Assembly (NCBI GenBank): GCA_964291295.2
Contig: OZ219754.1
Location: 832,001 to 896,000, forward strand
Direction: 5' to 3'
DNA length: 64,000 bases
From: an uncultured Candidatus Binatia bacterium
GTDB lineage: Bacteria; Desulfobacterota; Binatia; UBA9968; JAJDTQ01
The position numbers and the translations under genes are program-made. Position 1 is the stretch's first letter. Each line of letters opens with the position of its first letter. Of this stretch, positions 19,423-28,835 are shown one piece after another. The notes beneath the pieces are model-generated. The model was not told the DNA's origin. It did no database searches and saw nothing but the letters and a program-made list of their open reading frames with translations.

Positions 19423-19568
19423 TGCGCCGCTCCGTCATCGGCCTGCCGCGCTGCGGCTCATGGCGGCGACCCCGGCCTGGAGCAACTCCGGCGGCTCTCT
19501 GCAGGCAGGGTCACCGCGACATGCGGGTATTGTACCAGGGGCTTCCGGGCTGGATCGAAAAAGGCTGA
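19422..19568 (+). pseudogene. Rhodanese-domain C-terminal remnant
   Basis: AALCRQGHRDMRVLYQGLPGWIEKG* resembles the rhodanese C-terminal signature; the upstream part is missing or scrambled. Confidence 0.45.
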
Positions 19569-19716
19569 CCCATGACCGGCGGGTACCCTGCGGGACTCGC
19601 CGCCCGGGGCCGGCAGGCGGACGATGGCCGCCGCCACGCCTGGATTCCCGCCAGCGCACGGCGGCGGCGCAGGTTCGCAAGGCTGTCTTTACCGGACTTG
19701 TGTGCGGTCGGCTCCC

Positions 19717-20547
19717 GTGTCGAGAATCATTACCCTGACCACCGATTTCGGCTACCGGGACCCCTTCGTCGGGATCATGAAGGGAGTGATCGGCTCCATC
19801 GACCCCGGTGCCGCCGTCATCGATCTGACCCACGGCGTGGCGCCCCAGGATGTCACCGGCGGCGCGCTGGCGCTGGCGGCCGCCGTGGATTTCTTCCCAG
19901 CGGGCACCATCCACGTGGCGGTGGTGGATCCGGGGGTGGGAAGCGCCCGGCCCCCCATCCTCGTGGAAACCGACCGCGCCTGCTACGTCGGCCCGGACAA
20001 CGGACTCGTGAGCCTGGCGGCGGACCGGCAGGAGTTGCGCCGCGTCATCCACCTCACCCGTTCCGAATATCACCTGCACCCCTCCAGCAACACGTTCCAC
20101 GGCCGGGACATCTTCGCCCCGGTGGCCGCCCACCTCGCCGCCGGGGTTCCCCCCGAGAAGCTCGGCGAGGCCGTCAAGGACTTGAAGACCCTGGCCCTGC
20201 CAACCCCGGAACGGCGCGGCGGCAACCGCCTGCTCGGCGAGGTGATCCATGTGGACGGCTTCGGCAATCTCGCCACCAACATCCGGCGCGGGGACCTGGA
20301 CGGGTTCGACCCGCGGCACATGACGGTCCGTATCGGCGACACCCTGGTGCGCGGCATTTCGACCCACTACGCCGACGCCGGAGCCGGCAACTATCTCGCC
20401 CTGATCAACAGCTGGGATCGGCTCGAGATATCCCGCTGCAACGGCAACGCCCAGGCCGGCCTCGGTGCCGGGGTCGGCACGCGCGTGCTGCTGGACAGGA
20501 CGCCATGGCCGCGAGTACGCGGGCGTCGAACATCCGCGCCGGCTTGA
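19717..20547 (+). CDS. SAM hydroxide adenosyltransferase (DUF62, fluorinase/chlorinase superfamily)
   Basis: ITLTTDFG, DLTH, VVDPGVGSAR, GPDNG, TFHGRDIFAP, VDGFGN. Confidence 0.9.
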   Translation: MSRIITLTTDFGYRDPFVGIMKGVIGSIDPGAAVIDLTHGVAPQDVTGGALALAAAVDFFPAGTIHVAVVDPGVGSARPPILVETDRACYVGPDNGLVSLAADRQELRRVIHLTRSEYHLHPSSNTFHGRDIFAPVAAHLAAGVPPEKLGEAVKDLKTLALPTPERRGGNRLLGEVIHVDGFGNLATNIRRGDLDGFDPRHMTVRIGDTLVRGISTHYADAGAGNYLALINSWDRLEISRCNGNAQAGLGAGVGTRVLLDRTPWPRVRGRRTSAPA

Positions 20548-20697
20548 TGAGTGCCGCGGTACGAAGGGCCTGCGCGGTATGGTATCCTTGCCGACCGGCA
20601 GCGCGGGCTTGCCAAGTAGTCCCCCGTCGGTGCACGTCCACCGTTTTCGGTCCGGCATTCTCCAACGGGCGCCGGCGGCAAGGCTGCGGAGGTGGCG

Positions 20698-21156
20698 ATG
20701 GCAGACGGCAGGCTGAGCTGGGATCAGTACTTCATGACCATCACGCGGCAAGTGGCGGAGCGCTCCACCTGCACCCGCGCCAAGGTCGGCGCCACCATCG
20801 TCCGGGACCGGAGCATCCTGGCCACGGGCTACAACGGCTCACCCGCGGGCATGCCCCACTGCACGGAGGTGGGCTGCCTCATCTACGAATCCAGGAACCC
20901 GGACGGGGCCATCGAGCAGAACTGCTTCCGCACCATTCACGCGGAGATCAACGCCATCGCCCAGGCCGCCAAGAACGGCGCCAGCATCCAGGGCGCCTCC
21001 ATCTACATCACCCACACCCCGTGCATTCACTGTCTCAAGGTTCTGGTGAACACCGGGATCGGCGACATCTACTACGAGAAGCCCTACAAGCTCGATACCG
21101 TATCGGACATCCTGGAGCACACGGGCGTCAGGCTGCACGCGGTCGCCATGCCGTGA
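20698..21156 (+). CDS. dCMP deaminase family protein
   Basis: SWDQYFM, RSTC, TGYNG, HAEINA, PCIHC zinc motifs. Confidence 0.92.
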   Translation: MADGRLSWDQYFMTITRQVAERSTCTRAKVGATIVRDRSILATGYNGSPAGMPHCTEVGCLIYESRNPDGAIEQNCFRTIHAEINAIAQAAKNGASIQGASIYITHTPCIHCLKVLVNTGIGDIYYEKPYKLDTVSDILEHTGVRLHAVAMP

Positions 21157-21261
21157 GGAGTCCCCGGGCCGGCCCCGGCTCGGTCTCCGCTGCCGCGGCA
21201 ATGAAGGGCCGGGGGGAGGCCAGTGCGCGGGTGCGGCGGACACCGGGATCGTGCCTGGTTG

Positions 21262-21304
21262 AAAAGAAAGAGGCAGGGGCCGCGCTGGCGATCCCTGCCT
21301 CTTC
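21262..21304 (-). terminator. Rho-independent terminator after atpE
   Basis: AGAGGCAGGG...CCCTGCCTCT stem followed by TTCTTTT on the minus strand. Confidence 0.7.
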
Positions 21305-21346
21305 CGGTGTCGCGGAACCGCGCGTGCGCATGCGCGGCGATTGGCC

Positions 21347-21673
21347 TCAAACCTTGCCCGCGAGGATGAAGGCGATGATCAGGGCATAGATGCCCAGCGC
21401 CTCGATGAGGGCCAGGGACAGGATCAACGGAGTGAAGATCTTGTCGGCTGAGTTGGGGTTGCGGCCGATGCTTTCCATGGCCGCACCGCCCACCCGGCCC
21501 TGGGCGAGCGCGCAACCGAACGCGGCGATGGCGATGCCAAGGCCTGCGCCCAGTGCAATGATGCCCGGGACCATGTTGGTCGAGCCGCCCGCCGCAGCGT
21601 CCGCCGCAGCGGCCACTCCGGACAGGATCAGCAGGAGAAGTCCCGTGAGTACAAAGGCTGTGAACTGCTTCAT
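21347..21673 (-). CDS. atpE: ATP synthase Fo subunit c
   Basis: GAGLGIAIAAFG, IGRNP, LIEALGIY. Confidence 0.95.
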   Translation of the reverse strand: MKQFTAFVLTGLLLLILSGVAAAADAAAGGSTNMVPGIIALGAGLGIAIAAFGCALAQGRVGGAAMESIGRNPNSADKIFTPLILSLALIEALGIYALIIAFILAGKV

Positions 21674-21748
21674 CTGTTTCCTCCTTTCCGGCGCCGCGGT
21701 TCCCGGCCTGCCTCTCCTCATCATCCTCTCCACGTGCCGCCGCCGCGC

Positions 21749-22450
21749 TCAATGATCATGGCTCAACGCCAGGGATGCATAGATCATGCTCAACAGGGTG
21801 AACACGAAGGCCTGGATCACGGAGACCAAGGCCCCCAAAAGATAGAACAGCACCGGGATCACCACATAGGTGAGGCCGGTGAAGATCTCCACCACCAGGT
21901 GGTCGGCGAACATGTTGAAGGCCAGCCGCAAGCCCAACGTGAGCGGCCGGAACATGTGGGAGAACACCTCGATGAGGAAGAACAGCGGTGCGATCACCAG
22001 GAACGGTCCCATGAACTGCCCGAGGTAGCCGCGGCCGTGCTCGCGGATGCCGAAATAGTGATAGGCGCCGAAGGAGACGAGCCCCAGACCCAGGGTGATG
22101 TTCAGATTGCTGGTGGGGGGCGAGAAGCCCGGCACCAGCCCGATGAAGTTGGACAGCAGGATGAAGATGAAGAAGGTCCCGTAAAGGGAAAGATAGCGTC
22201 GGCCCTTCTGGCCGATGATGCTGTCGCTCAAGCCCGTCACGAATTCGATCAGCAGCTCGAAGATGTTCACCAGCGTGATGCGGTCGCTGGGGATCACCGC
22301 GTCATGGCTGTCCAGCAGGCGGCGCCGGACGCCCAGCGCCAGGCAAACCAGCAGCACCATGCTCACCAGCGAGAAGAAGAGTTGCAGGGGCAACACGCCC
22401 TGCAGCGACGCGGGCAACAGATCGTACCAAGTGAATGGATGATGTCCCAT
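21749..22450 (-). CDS. atpB: ATP synthase Fo subunit a
   Basis: SNFIGLVPG, PPTSNLN, RPLTLGLRLAFNMFADH, IQAFVFTLL. Confidence 0.95.
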   Translation of the reverse strand: MGHHPFTWYDLLPASLQGVLPLQLFFSLVSMVLLVCLALGVRRRLLDSHDAVIPSDRITLVNIFELLIEFVTGLSDSIIGQKGRRYLSLYGTFFIFILLSNFIGLVPGFSPPTSNLNITLGLGLVSFGAYHYFGIREHGRGYLGQFMGPFLVIAPLFFLIEVFSHMFRPLTLGLRLAFNMFADHLVVEIFTGLTYVVIPVLFYLLGALVSVIQAFVFTLLSMIYASLALSHDH

Positions 22451-22476
22451 CTTGCTTGCTCAACCTTGCTTGCTTT

Positions 22477-22857
22477 TCAACCTTGCCTGCTCAGCATCGT
22501 ATCGTAGAGTCGATCCCACAGAAATGCCAGGATCAGGCAGTTCACTCCCACGGCGAAGGACAGCGCGTCCGGCGCGACCTTGGTCAACAGCACCCACGAA
22601 GCGCCCAGCAGGAAGCCGAACTTCAGGATCAGCAGCGCCACTCCCGCGCGAATCCTTCCCTTGCTCGCGAACGGGGCCAGGAGCCGGCGGACGCCCGCCG
22701 CCAGGAGCAGGAAGTTGACGCCCATGAACAGTCCGCCCAGCAGCAGTCCGCCCGGCTCGATCCACTCCAGCGGCACCAGCGCCAAGCAGGCCAGCACCAG
22801 GAGTCCATGCCAGAGTTCCACCCGCAACACGGGCAGACCGTGAGCTTCCCAACTCAT
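22477..22857 (-). CDS. atpI: ATP synthase subunit I
   Basis: Hydrophobic ORF with NFLLL and LKFG, positioned before atpB. Confidence 0.7.
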   Translation of the reverse strand: MSWEAHGLPVLRVELWHGLLVLACLALVPLEWIEPGGLLLGGLFMGVNFLLLAAGVRRLLAPFASKGRIRAGVALLILKFGFLLGASWVLLTKVAPDALSFAVGVNCLILAFLWDRLYDTMLSRQG

Positions 22858-23114
22858 TTCCGCTCCGCCGAGAAGTGCCGCAACAGCATCACCAGGCGGT
22901 AGAAAGCGAGCGCCAAGCCAAGCAGGCCCAGCACCAGGACCATCCACGGCGAGGTGCCGAGGTACTGGTCGGCGAAGTAGCCCAGAACCAGACCGGCTCC
23001 CACCGTGGAGGGAAATTCAAAGCCCACCGCCGTGTACTTGGCGGCGCGAAAAAGAAACGGACCCCTTGAAGGGTCCCCTGGGGACGGTCCGTTCCCTCCT
23101 TCGGGTGTTCCCAT
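22854..23114 (-). CDS. AtpZ/AtpI-family protein
   Basis: GLVLGYFADQYLGTSPWM motif. Confidence 0.8.
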   Translation of the reverse strand: MGTPEGGNGPSPGDPSRGPFLFRAAKYTAVGFEFPSTVGAGLVLGYFADQYLGTSPWMVLVLGLLGLALAFYRLVMLLRHFSAERK

Positions 23115-23124
23115 CGGGTCCCGG

Positions 23125-23547
23125 TTAGTAGCCCATGCAGTCCAAATAGACTTCCCTGGCCGCCGGGTGCTGGGTGCAACGGATCGTCCGCTCAATATTC
23201 TCAAGGGCGTTGTTGCGCCGACGCTCTTCCTGCTGGCGGAGTTCCTCCTCCCACGACCTGCGCCACTCCATCTTGCGCCTGTTCTTCTCCTGCTGCAGCT
23301 GCTCCAAGAGCCGGACATTCTCCCGCTGCAGCCGCTCCAAGCGCCGATCCTTCTCCCTGCCTATCTCCCCAACCGTCGGGGCCGTCCACTGCTGGGTCCG
23401 CCACTGCTGCGCTGCCGGGGCTGGGTACCACTGCGGTTCTACCGGGTCCACTGGCGCTGCCGGGTCCACGGGGTCCGTATATAACTGCGCCGCCACCGGC
23501 TCAGCCAAGGCGACGCTCACCAAGGCCGCAAGAACCAAATGCCTCAT
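23125..23547 (-). CDS. Hypothetical secreted protein inserted between hemL and atpZ
   Basis: RBS AAGGAGAG; signal peptide MRHLVLAALVSVALAEPVAA, Pro-rich linker, Glu/Arg/Gln coiled coil, two C-terminal Cys. Confidence 0.6.
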   Translation of the reverse strand: MRHLVLAALVSVALAEPVAAQLYTDPVDPAAPVDPVEPQWYPAPAAQQWRTQQWTAPTVGEIGREKDRRLERLQRENVRLLEQLQQEKNRRKMEWRRSWEEELRQQEERRRNNALENIERTIRCTQHPAAREVYLDCMGY

Positions 23548-23741
23548 CCCTCTCTCCTTTCGGTTAGCGGCCAGCCAATACTGCCTCGGAAACTCTGCCT
23601 CAGCAACTATCCAAAGTTCGCGCATCCACGGCTCTCGCTCTTGTCCAGCCTCCCTCAAGAACTTCGGGAACTCCCTTGCGTGACACCTCCGGATTCCTTT
23701 GCCCGCTGGGGAGATGTTACTAGCACGCGGCCCGCGGCCGG

Positions 23742-25058
23742 TCAATGTCGCGAGGCCTCTTCGCCGGCCCAGTCGGCAAATGCGGCGACGGTGGCGGCGA
23801 TGTCGTCATCGCCGTGGGCCAGCGACACGAACAGCGCTTCGAAGGGCGACGGCGGCAGGTAGACGCCCCGCGCCAGCATGCCGTGAAAGAAGCGCGCGAA
23901 GCGGGCGCGGTCGCAGGTTCGGGCATGGTCCGGCGCGGCGACCCGTTGGGGTCCCAGGAAGAGCGTCAACATCGAGCCCACCCGGTTGACCGCGCCGGGA
24001 AGGCCCTCGCCAAGCACTCCCGCGAGACCCTCCGCGAGCTTTCGGCCCTTCTCCTCCAGCTCCCGGTACGCGGCCGGCTCCGTCAATTCACGAAGCGTGG
24101 CCAGCCCGGCGGAGACCGTCACCGGGTTTCCCGAAAGAGTGCCCGCCTGATAGACCGGGCCCACCGGCGCCAGCAGGCTCATGATGTCCCGGCGCCCGCC
24201 GAAGGCACCCACCGGAAGTCCGCCGCCCAGGATCTTGCCCAGGCAGGTGAGGTCCGGAGTGACGCCGTACCGCTCTTGGGCTCCGCCCCGGGCCACCCGG
24301 AATCCGGTAATCACCTCGTCGAAGATCAGCACGACCCCGTGGCGGGCGGTTCGCTCCCGCAGCGACTCCAGGAAACCGGGGGCAGGCGGAATCACGCCCA
24401 TGTTGCCGCACACGGGCTCCACGATCACCGCTGCCAACTCCGCACGGTTCTCATCGATCACGCGGCTGGCCGAGGAGGCGTCGTTGAAGGCCGCGATCAG
24501 CGTCTGTCCGGTGAAGCTCTCGGGCACGCCGGCGCTTTCCGGCAACGACAGGCTGGCGACGCCCGAGCCGGCCCTGGCCAGCAGCGCGTCCACGTGGCCG
24601 TGATAGCAGCCGTCGAACTTCAACACCTTGCCGCGACCGGTGTATCCGCGCGCCAGCCGGATGGCGCTCATGGTGGCCTCGGTGCCCGAGTTCACCAGCC
24701 GCAACTGCTCGACGCCGGGGATACGCTGGCAGACCAGTTCCGCCAGATCCAACTCTTTTCGTGTCGGTGCGCCGAACCCCGTGCCCTCCACCACCGCGCC
24801 GGCGACGGCCTGCACCACCGTCCGGGGCGCATGCCCCAGGATCAGCGGACCCCAGGCACACACGTAGTCGATATAGCCGCGGCCCTCCAGATCGAAAACC
24901 CGGGAACCCTCGGCACGGGCGATGTAGAGCGGCTCCCCGCCCACGGCGTTCCATGCCCGCACCGGGCTGTTGACGCCCCCGGGAACGACCCGTCTCGAAC
25001 GCTCGAAGAGGCCGGAGGATACCGGCGTCCCCTTTGTCCGTGTTCCCCCTTCCGGCAT
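23742..25058 (-). CDS. hemL: Glutamate-1-semialdehyde 2,1-aminomutase
   Basis: PGGVNSPVRA, NSGTEA, GCYHGH, FDEVITGFR, LGKILGGG, YQAGTLSGNP. Confidence 0.97.
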   Translation of the reverse strand: MPEGGTRTKGTPVSSGLFERSRRVVPGGVNSPVRAWNAVGGEPLYIARAEGSRVFDLEGRGYIDYVCAWGPLILGHAPRTVVQAVAGAVVEGTGFGAPTRKELDLAELVCQRIPGVEQLRLVNSGTEATMSAIRLARGYTGRGKVLKFDGCYHGHVDALLARAGSGVASLSLPESAGVPESFTGQTLIAAFNDASSASRVIDENRAELAAVIVEPVCGNMGVIPPAPGFLESLRERTARHGVVLIFDEVITGFRVARGGAQERYGVTPDLTCLGKILGGGLPVGAFGGRRDIMSLLAPVGPVYQAGTLSGNPVTVSAGLATLRELTEPAAYRELEEKGRKLAEGLAGVLGEGLPGAVNRVGSMLTLFLGPQRVAAPDHARTCDRARFARFFHGMLARGVYLPPSPFEALFVSLAHGDDDIAATVAAFADWAGEEASRH

Positions 25059-25352
25059 TCCCTTACCTGCCGGTCCGGTTCCGCCGCCGCACCGCGGGTT
25101 CCCGCCCCGACGACCGCCCACCCATGGACTCCCGATGCCCGTGGCGCCAGCGGGATGTCATCGATCCCCTGGATTTCATTGCGAATATTGACCGCGTCAT
25201 CGTTCACCTTGCATTACCCATCAAAAAGCATTAAAAGAACCCCTTTTTTCGCCCCGGTCATAAGCTCGAAGCGTCGCAAAACCTGCCGCTGCCCTCAAGA
25301 CACGCAGTGGCCTGGACGGTTTTCGTATTGCTTGAGCCCGCACCTCACAAAG

Positions 25353-25384
25353 TTGTCCACATCTGTGGATAACATTGTTAACAA
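25353..25384. promoter_or_regulatory. DnaA boxes upstream of dnaA (oriC left part / autoregulation)
   Basis: TTGTCCACA (25353-25361), perfect TGTGGATAA (25364-25372), degenerate TTGTTAACA, in AT-rich sequence. Confidence 0.8.
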
Positions 25385-25422
25385 CTTGAAGAAACAAGCA
25401 CTTGGAATCCGGCAGGACGACT

Positions 25423-26733
25423 ATGAAACCGCTTCCGCGTGAGATACAGAATCGCCTCAAGGAAACAGTCGGCTTACACAATTTCGAATCCTGGATCAAA
25501 CCTCTGAGAGCCAGCGAAGTGAAGGCGGGAGCGGTCACCCTCGAGGTACCCAGCACGCTCTTCCGCAACTGGCTCAACGACAACTATATCGAGGCCATCG
25601 AGGAGGAGTTCTCGCGTCTTCACGGCCAGCGGGTCGCCATCGCGATAGCGGTCAACACGGCACACCCCGGCGACGTCAAGGCCGCACCGCGCCCGCGAAC
25701 ACCCCGTCAACCGGACGCATCGACCCTGATTCCGCGCTACACCTTCGAGAAGTTCGTGGTCGGTGCCAGCAACCAGTTTGCCCACGCCGCCTGTCTGGCC
25801 GTGACCGACCGGCCCGCGGACCACTACAACCCGCTCTTCATCTACGGCGGCGTGGGCCTGGGCAAGACCCATCTGGTGAATGCGGTGGGACATCGTCTGC
25901 TCACGCGCAACCCCGGGCAACAGGTCGTCTACACGACCTTCGAGTCGTTCATGAACCAACTCATCAGTTCTTTGCGCCGCGATCGCATGAACGAGTTCAA
26001 GAACCACTACCGCAGTATCGACGTCCTGATCCTGGACGACATCCAGTTCATCGCGGGCAAGGAACGCACCCAGGAGGAGTTCTTCCACACCTTCAACTCG
26101 CTGTACGAGAACCACAAGCAGATCATCCTCACGTCGGACCGATTCCCCAAGGAAATACCCAACCTGGAAGACCGGCTCCGGAATCGCTTCGAGTGGGGCC
26201 TGACCGCGGACATCCAGCCCCCCGACATCGAGACCCGCAGCGCGATCCTGTGCAAGAAAGCCGAGGAAGAAGAGATCGATCTGCCCCAGGAGGTGGCCAA
26301 CTTTCTGGCCACGAACATCTACTCCAACGTCCGGGAGCTTGAGGGCTCGCTCACCCGGCTGGGCGCCTTCGCTTCCCTTACCAAAGTGAAGATCACCCTG
26401 GACCTCGCCAAGGAGGTGCTGAGCCATACCCTCAAGGACAACGAGAAACAGGTCACCGTGTACAACATCCAGAAGGCCATCTGCGACCACTTCGACATCA
26501 AGATCAGCGATCTCAAGTCAAAGCGGCGCACCAGGAATCTGGCCCTGGCGCGCCAGATGGCAATGTATCTTTGCCGGAAGTTCACTTCGACATCGTTTCC
26601 GGCCATCGGAGCCGAGTTCGGCGGGCGGGATCATTCCACCGTGATCCACGCCTCCAAGACCATCGAGAAGAAGATCAAGGATCCCGACATCAGGGCCACC
26701 GTGGACCGGCTGGTGCGCCAGCTCAAGAACTGA
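25423..26733 (+). CDS. dnaA: Chromosomal replication initiator DnaA
   Basis: YTFEKFVVGASN, YNPLFIYGGVGLGKTHL, DDIQF, RFEWGL, GGRDHSTVIHA. Confidence 0.98.
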   Translation: MKPLPREIQNRLKETVGLHNFESWIKPLRASEVKAGAVTLEVPSTLFRNWLNDNYIEAIEEEFSRLHGQRVAIAIAVNTAHPGDVKAAPRPRTPRQPDASTLIPRYTFEKFVVGASNQFAHAACLAVTDRPADHYNPLFIYGGVGLGKTHLVNAVGHRLLTRNPGQQVVYTTFESFMNQLISSLRRDRMNEFKNHYRSIDVLILDDIQFIAGKERTQEEFFHTFNSLYENHKQIILTSDRFPKEIPNLEDRLRNRFEWGLTADIQPPDIETRSAILCKKAEEEEIDLPQEVANFLATNIYSNVRELEGSLTRLGAFASLTKVKITLDLAKEVLSHTLKDNEKQVTVYNIQKAICDHFDIKISDLKSKRRTRNLALARQMAMYLCRKFTSTSFPAIGAEFGGRDHSTVIHASKTIEKKIKDPDIRATVDRLVRQLKN

Positions 26734-26739
26734 GAAACC

Positions 26740-26936
26740 CGGTGGAAATACTGTGGAAAAACCGGCACAGCCTGTGGATTTCCTGACGCTCCCAGGCCGC
26801 TCTACTCCCGTCGCTGTGAAGAACGTGCATTGCGACAATTTTCTTTCCACTCCAAAGATGCTTCAATATCCGCAGGTTGTGACGTCTATCCCGATATTCA
26901 CAGCCCCTTCTGCTACTCTTGACTCCTATACTATTG
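26740..26936. promoter_or_regulatory. oriC candidate in the dnaA-dnaN spacer (DnaA boxes + DnaA-trio-like unwinding element)
   Basis: TGTGGAAAA, TGTGGATTT, TGTGAAGAA and ATATTCACA boxes; the last is followed by GCCCC and TTCTGCTACT...ATACTATT. Confidence 0.7.
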
Positions 26937-26972
26937 GAAGAATTGACAGAGCCGTGTGATCCAGGAGGACAA

Positions 26973-28079
26973 ATGGAGATCAAAGCCACACGGGAAGACT
27001 TCCTGAGTGCGTTGTCCCGGATTCAGGGAACGGTGGAACGACGCAACACCATGCCGATTCTGGCCAACGTCCTGATCGAGACCCATACGAACCGGATACG
27101 AGTGACGGCCACGGACCTCGAGGTGGGAGTTCGGGCGAGTCTCAACGGCGACATCGTCACCGCGGGCCGCGTTACCGTGGATGCCAGGAAGCTGTTCGAG
27201 ATCGTTCGTGAACTGTCCGACGAGATGATTGAATTGCAACGGCTCGAGAATGACCGGGTGGAGATCCGCAGCGGCAAGTCGGTGTTCAGGATGGTGGGTC
27301 TCGACGCTCGGGAGTTTCCGGTGCTGGCCACGAGTCCGGAGGGCGAGCGCAGCGAATGTCCGGCCCATGTCCTGAAGGAGATGATCGACAAGACGGTCTT
27401 TTCCATCTCCACGGACGAGACCCGCTCCAACATCAACGGCGCGCTGATCCAACCCTCGGGGGAGGCCAGCGTACGGATGGTGACCACCGACGGCCACCGG
27501 TTGTCGCTGGTGCAGCGGGAGATCGGCCCGCTGGGTCTGGAGAAGGGCGTCATCATACCGCGGAAGGGGCTGACGGAGCTTCGCAAACTGCTGGAAGACG
27601 CCGGCCAGGAGTTGGTCGCGCTGGGCTTCAGCGACAACATGGTATTCGTGTGGAGCGGGGATGTGGAGATGTCGATCCGGCTGATCGACGGCGACTTCCC
27701 CGAATACGACAAGGTCATACCGAGTGACAACGAGAACGAGGCCAACGTGGTGCAGCACAGCCTGTACCGGGCTTTGCGGCGGGTGGCGCTGCTGTCCAGC
27801 GACCGTTATCGGGGTATCCGGGTGGAGTTGCAGGATGGCCGCATGTCCGTCTCGGCCAACAATCCGGAGTTGGGCGAGGCGACGGAGGAACTGGCGCTGG
27901 AATACCAGGGTCCGCAGTTGGCAATCGGCTACAATCCCAATTACCTGCTGGATATTCTCGGCGTCCTGGAGTCCGAGGACGAGATCCGGATGCTGTTCAG
28001 GGACGACGAGAGTCCGATGCTGTTGAAACGCGTTCGGGACGAAAGCCTGTTGTACGTCGTGATGCCGATGCGGATCTAG
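26973..28079 (+). CDS. dnaN: DNA polymerase III beta clamp
   Basis: RBS AGGAGG; TMPILAN, ATDLE, TDGHRL, LIDGDFPEY, VVMPMR. Confidence 0.97.
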   Translation: MEIKATREDFLSALSRIQGTVERRNTMPILANVLIETHTNRIRVTATDLEVGVRASLNGDIVTAGRVTVDARKLFEIVRELSDEMIELQRLENDRVEIRSGKSVFRMVGLDAREFPVLATSPEGERSECPAHVLKEMIDKTVFSISTDETRSNINGALIQPSGEASVRMVTTDGHRLSLVQREIGPLGLEKGVIIPRKGLTELRKLLEDAGQELVALGFSDNMVFVWSGDVEMSIRLIDGDFPEYDKVIPSDNENEANVVQHSLYRALRRVALLSSDRYRGIRVELQDGRMSVSANNPELGEATEELALEYQGPQLAIGYNPNYLLDILGVLESEDEIRMLFRDDESPMLLKRVRDESLLYVVMPMRI

Positions 28080-28085
28080 CCGGCC

Positions 28086-28592
28086 ATGGCGGACAAAGCT
28101 CACACGGATCGAAGCCTCAAGAGCGTCGCCTGTTTCGTCATCACCGTCAGCGACACCCGCGACGAGGCCACCGACCGGAGCGGCGCCGCCATCAGACAAC
28201 TCCTGGAAACGGGCGGACACGCGGTGGCGGGCTACGAAATCGTCAAGGACGAGCCGGATGACATCCATGTGTTGATCGACAAGGCGCTGGCGATGCCGGA
28301 CGCGGACGTGGTGCTGCTCAACGGCGGTACCGGCGTGGCGCCGAGAGACGGTACCTTCGAGGTCGTCAGCGGCATGCTCGACAAGCGCATTGACGGTTTC
28401 GGAGAGTTGTTCCGGATTCTCAGCTACGAGGAGATCGGCTCGGCGGCCATGCTGAGCCGCGCGGTGGCGGGCACGGTGGGCTCTCGCATCGTGGTGTCGA
28501 TGCCGGGGTCCCGTGGGGCCGTGGAGTTGGCCATGCGCAAGCTCCTGGTGCCGCAGTTGGGCCACATGGTGGCGCAGGTCCGAGGCCTGTGA
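28086..28592 (+). CDS. moaB: Molybdopterin adenylyltransferase MoaB/MogA
   Basis: ITVSD, DRSG, NGGTG, GFGELFR, LSRA, MPGS. Confidence 0.9.
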   Translation: MADKAHTDRSLKSVACFVITVSDTRDEATDRSGAAIRQLLETGGHAVAGYEIVKDEPDDIHVLIDKALAMPDADVVLLNGGTGVAPRDGTFEVVSGMLDKRIDGFGELFRILSYEEIGSAAMLSRAVAGTVGSRIVVSMPGSRGAVELAMRKLLVPQLGHMVAQVRGL

Positions 28593-28834
28593 AGGTCCGG
28601 GTCAAGCTCTTCGCCATGCTTCGGGAACGGGCGGGGACCGGCGATATCGTCCAGGAGCTTCCCGAGGGCAGCACCGTGGGCGATCTCTGGGACGAGTTGC
28701 GGCGTCGGTACGCAGGGATTGCCGCAGTCGAGTTGAAGCTTCTTCACGCCGTGAACCGGGAGTATGTCGCTCCCGGCCATCGGCTCGCGGACGGCGACGA
28801 GGTCGCCTTCATACCACCCGTAAGCGGAGGGTAA
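28589..28834 (+). CDS. moaD: Molybdopterin synthase sulfur carrier
   Basis: KLFAMLRE...AVN...PPVSGG C-terminus. Confidence 0.95.
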   Translation: MKVRVKLFAMLRERAGTGDIVQELPEGSTVGDLWDELRRRYAGIAAVELKLLHAVNREYVAPGHRLADGDEVAFIPPVSGG

Positions 28835-28835
28835 C

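Noticed and set aside
19717-20547. Possible fluorinase/chlorinase (halometabolite biosynthesis)
   Set aside because: It has the Asp-Arg-His pattern (VVDPGVGSAR, TFHGRD) of DUF62 SAM hydrolases and a housekeeping context
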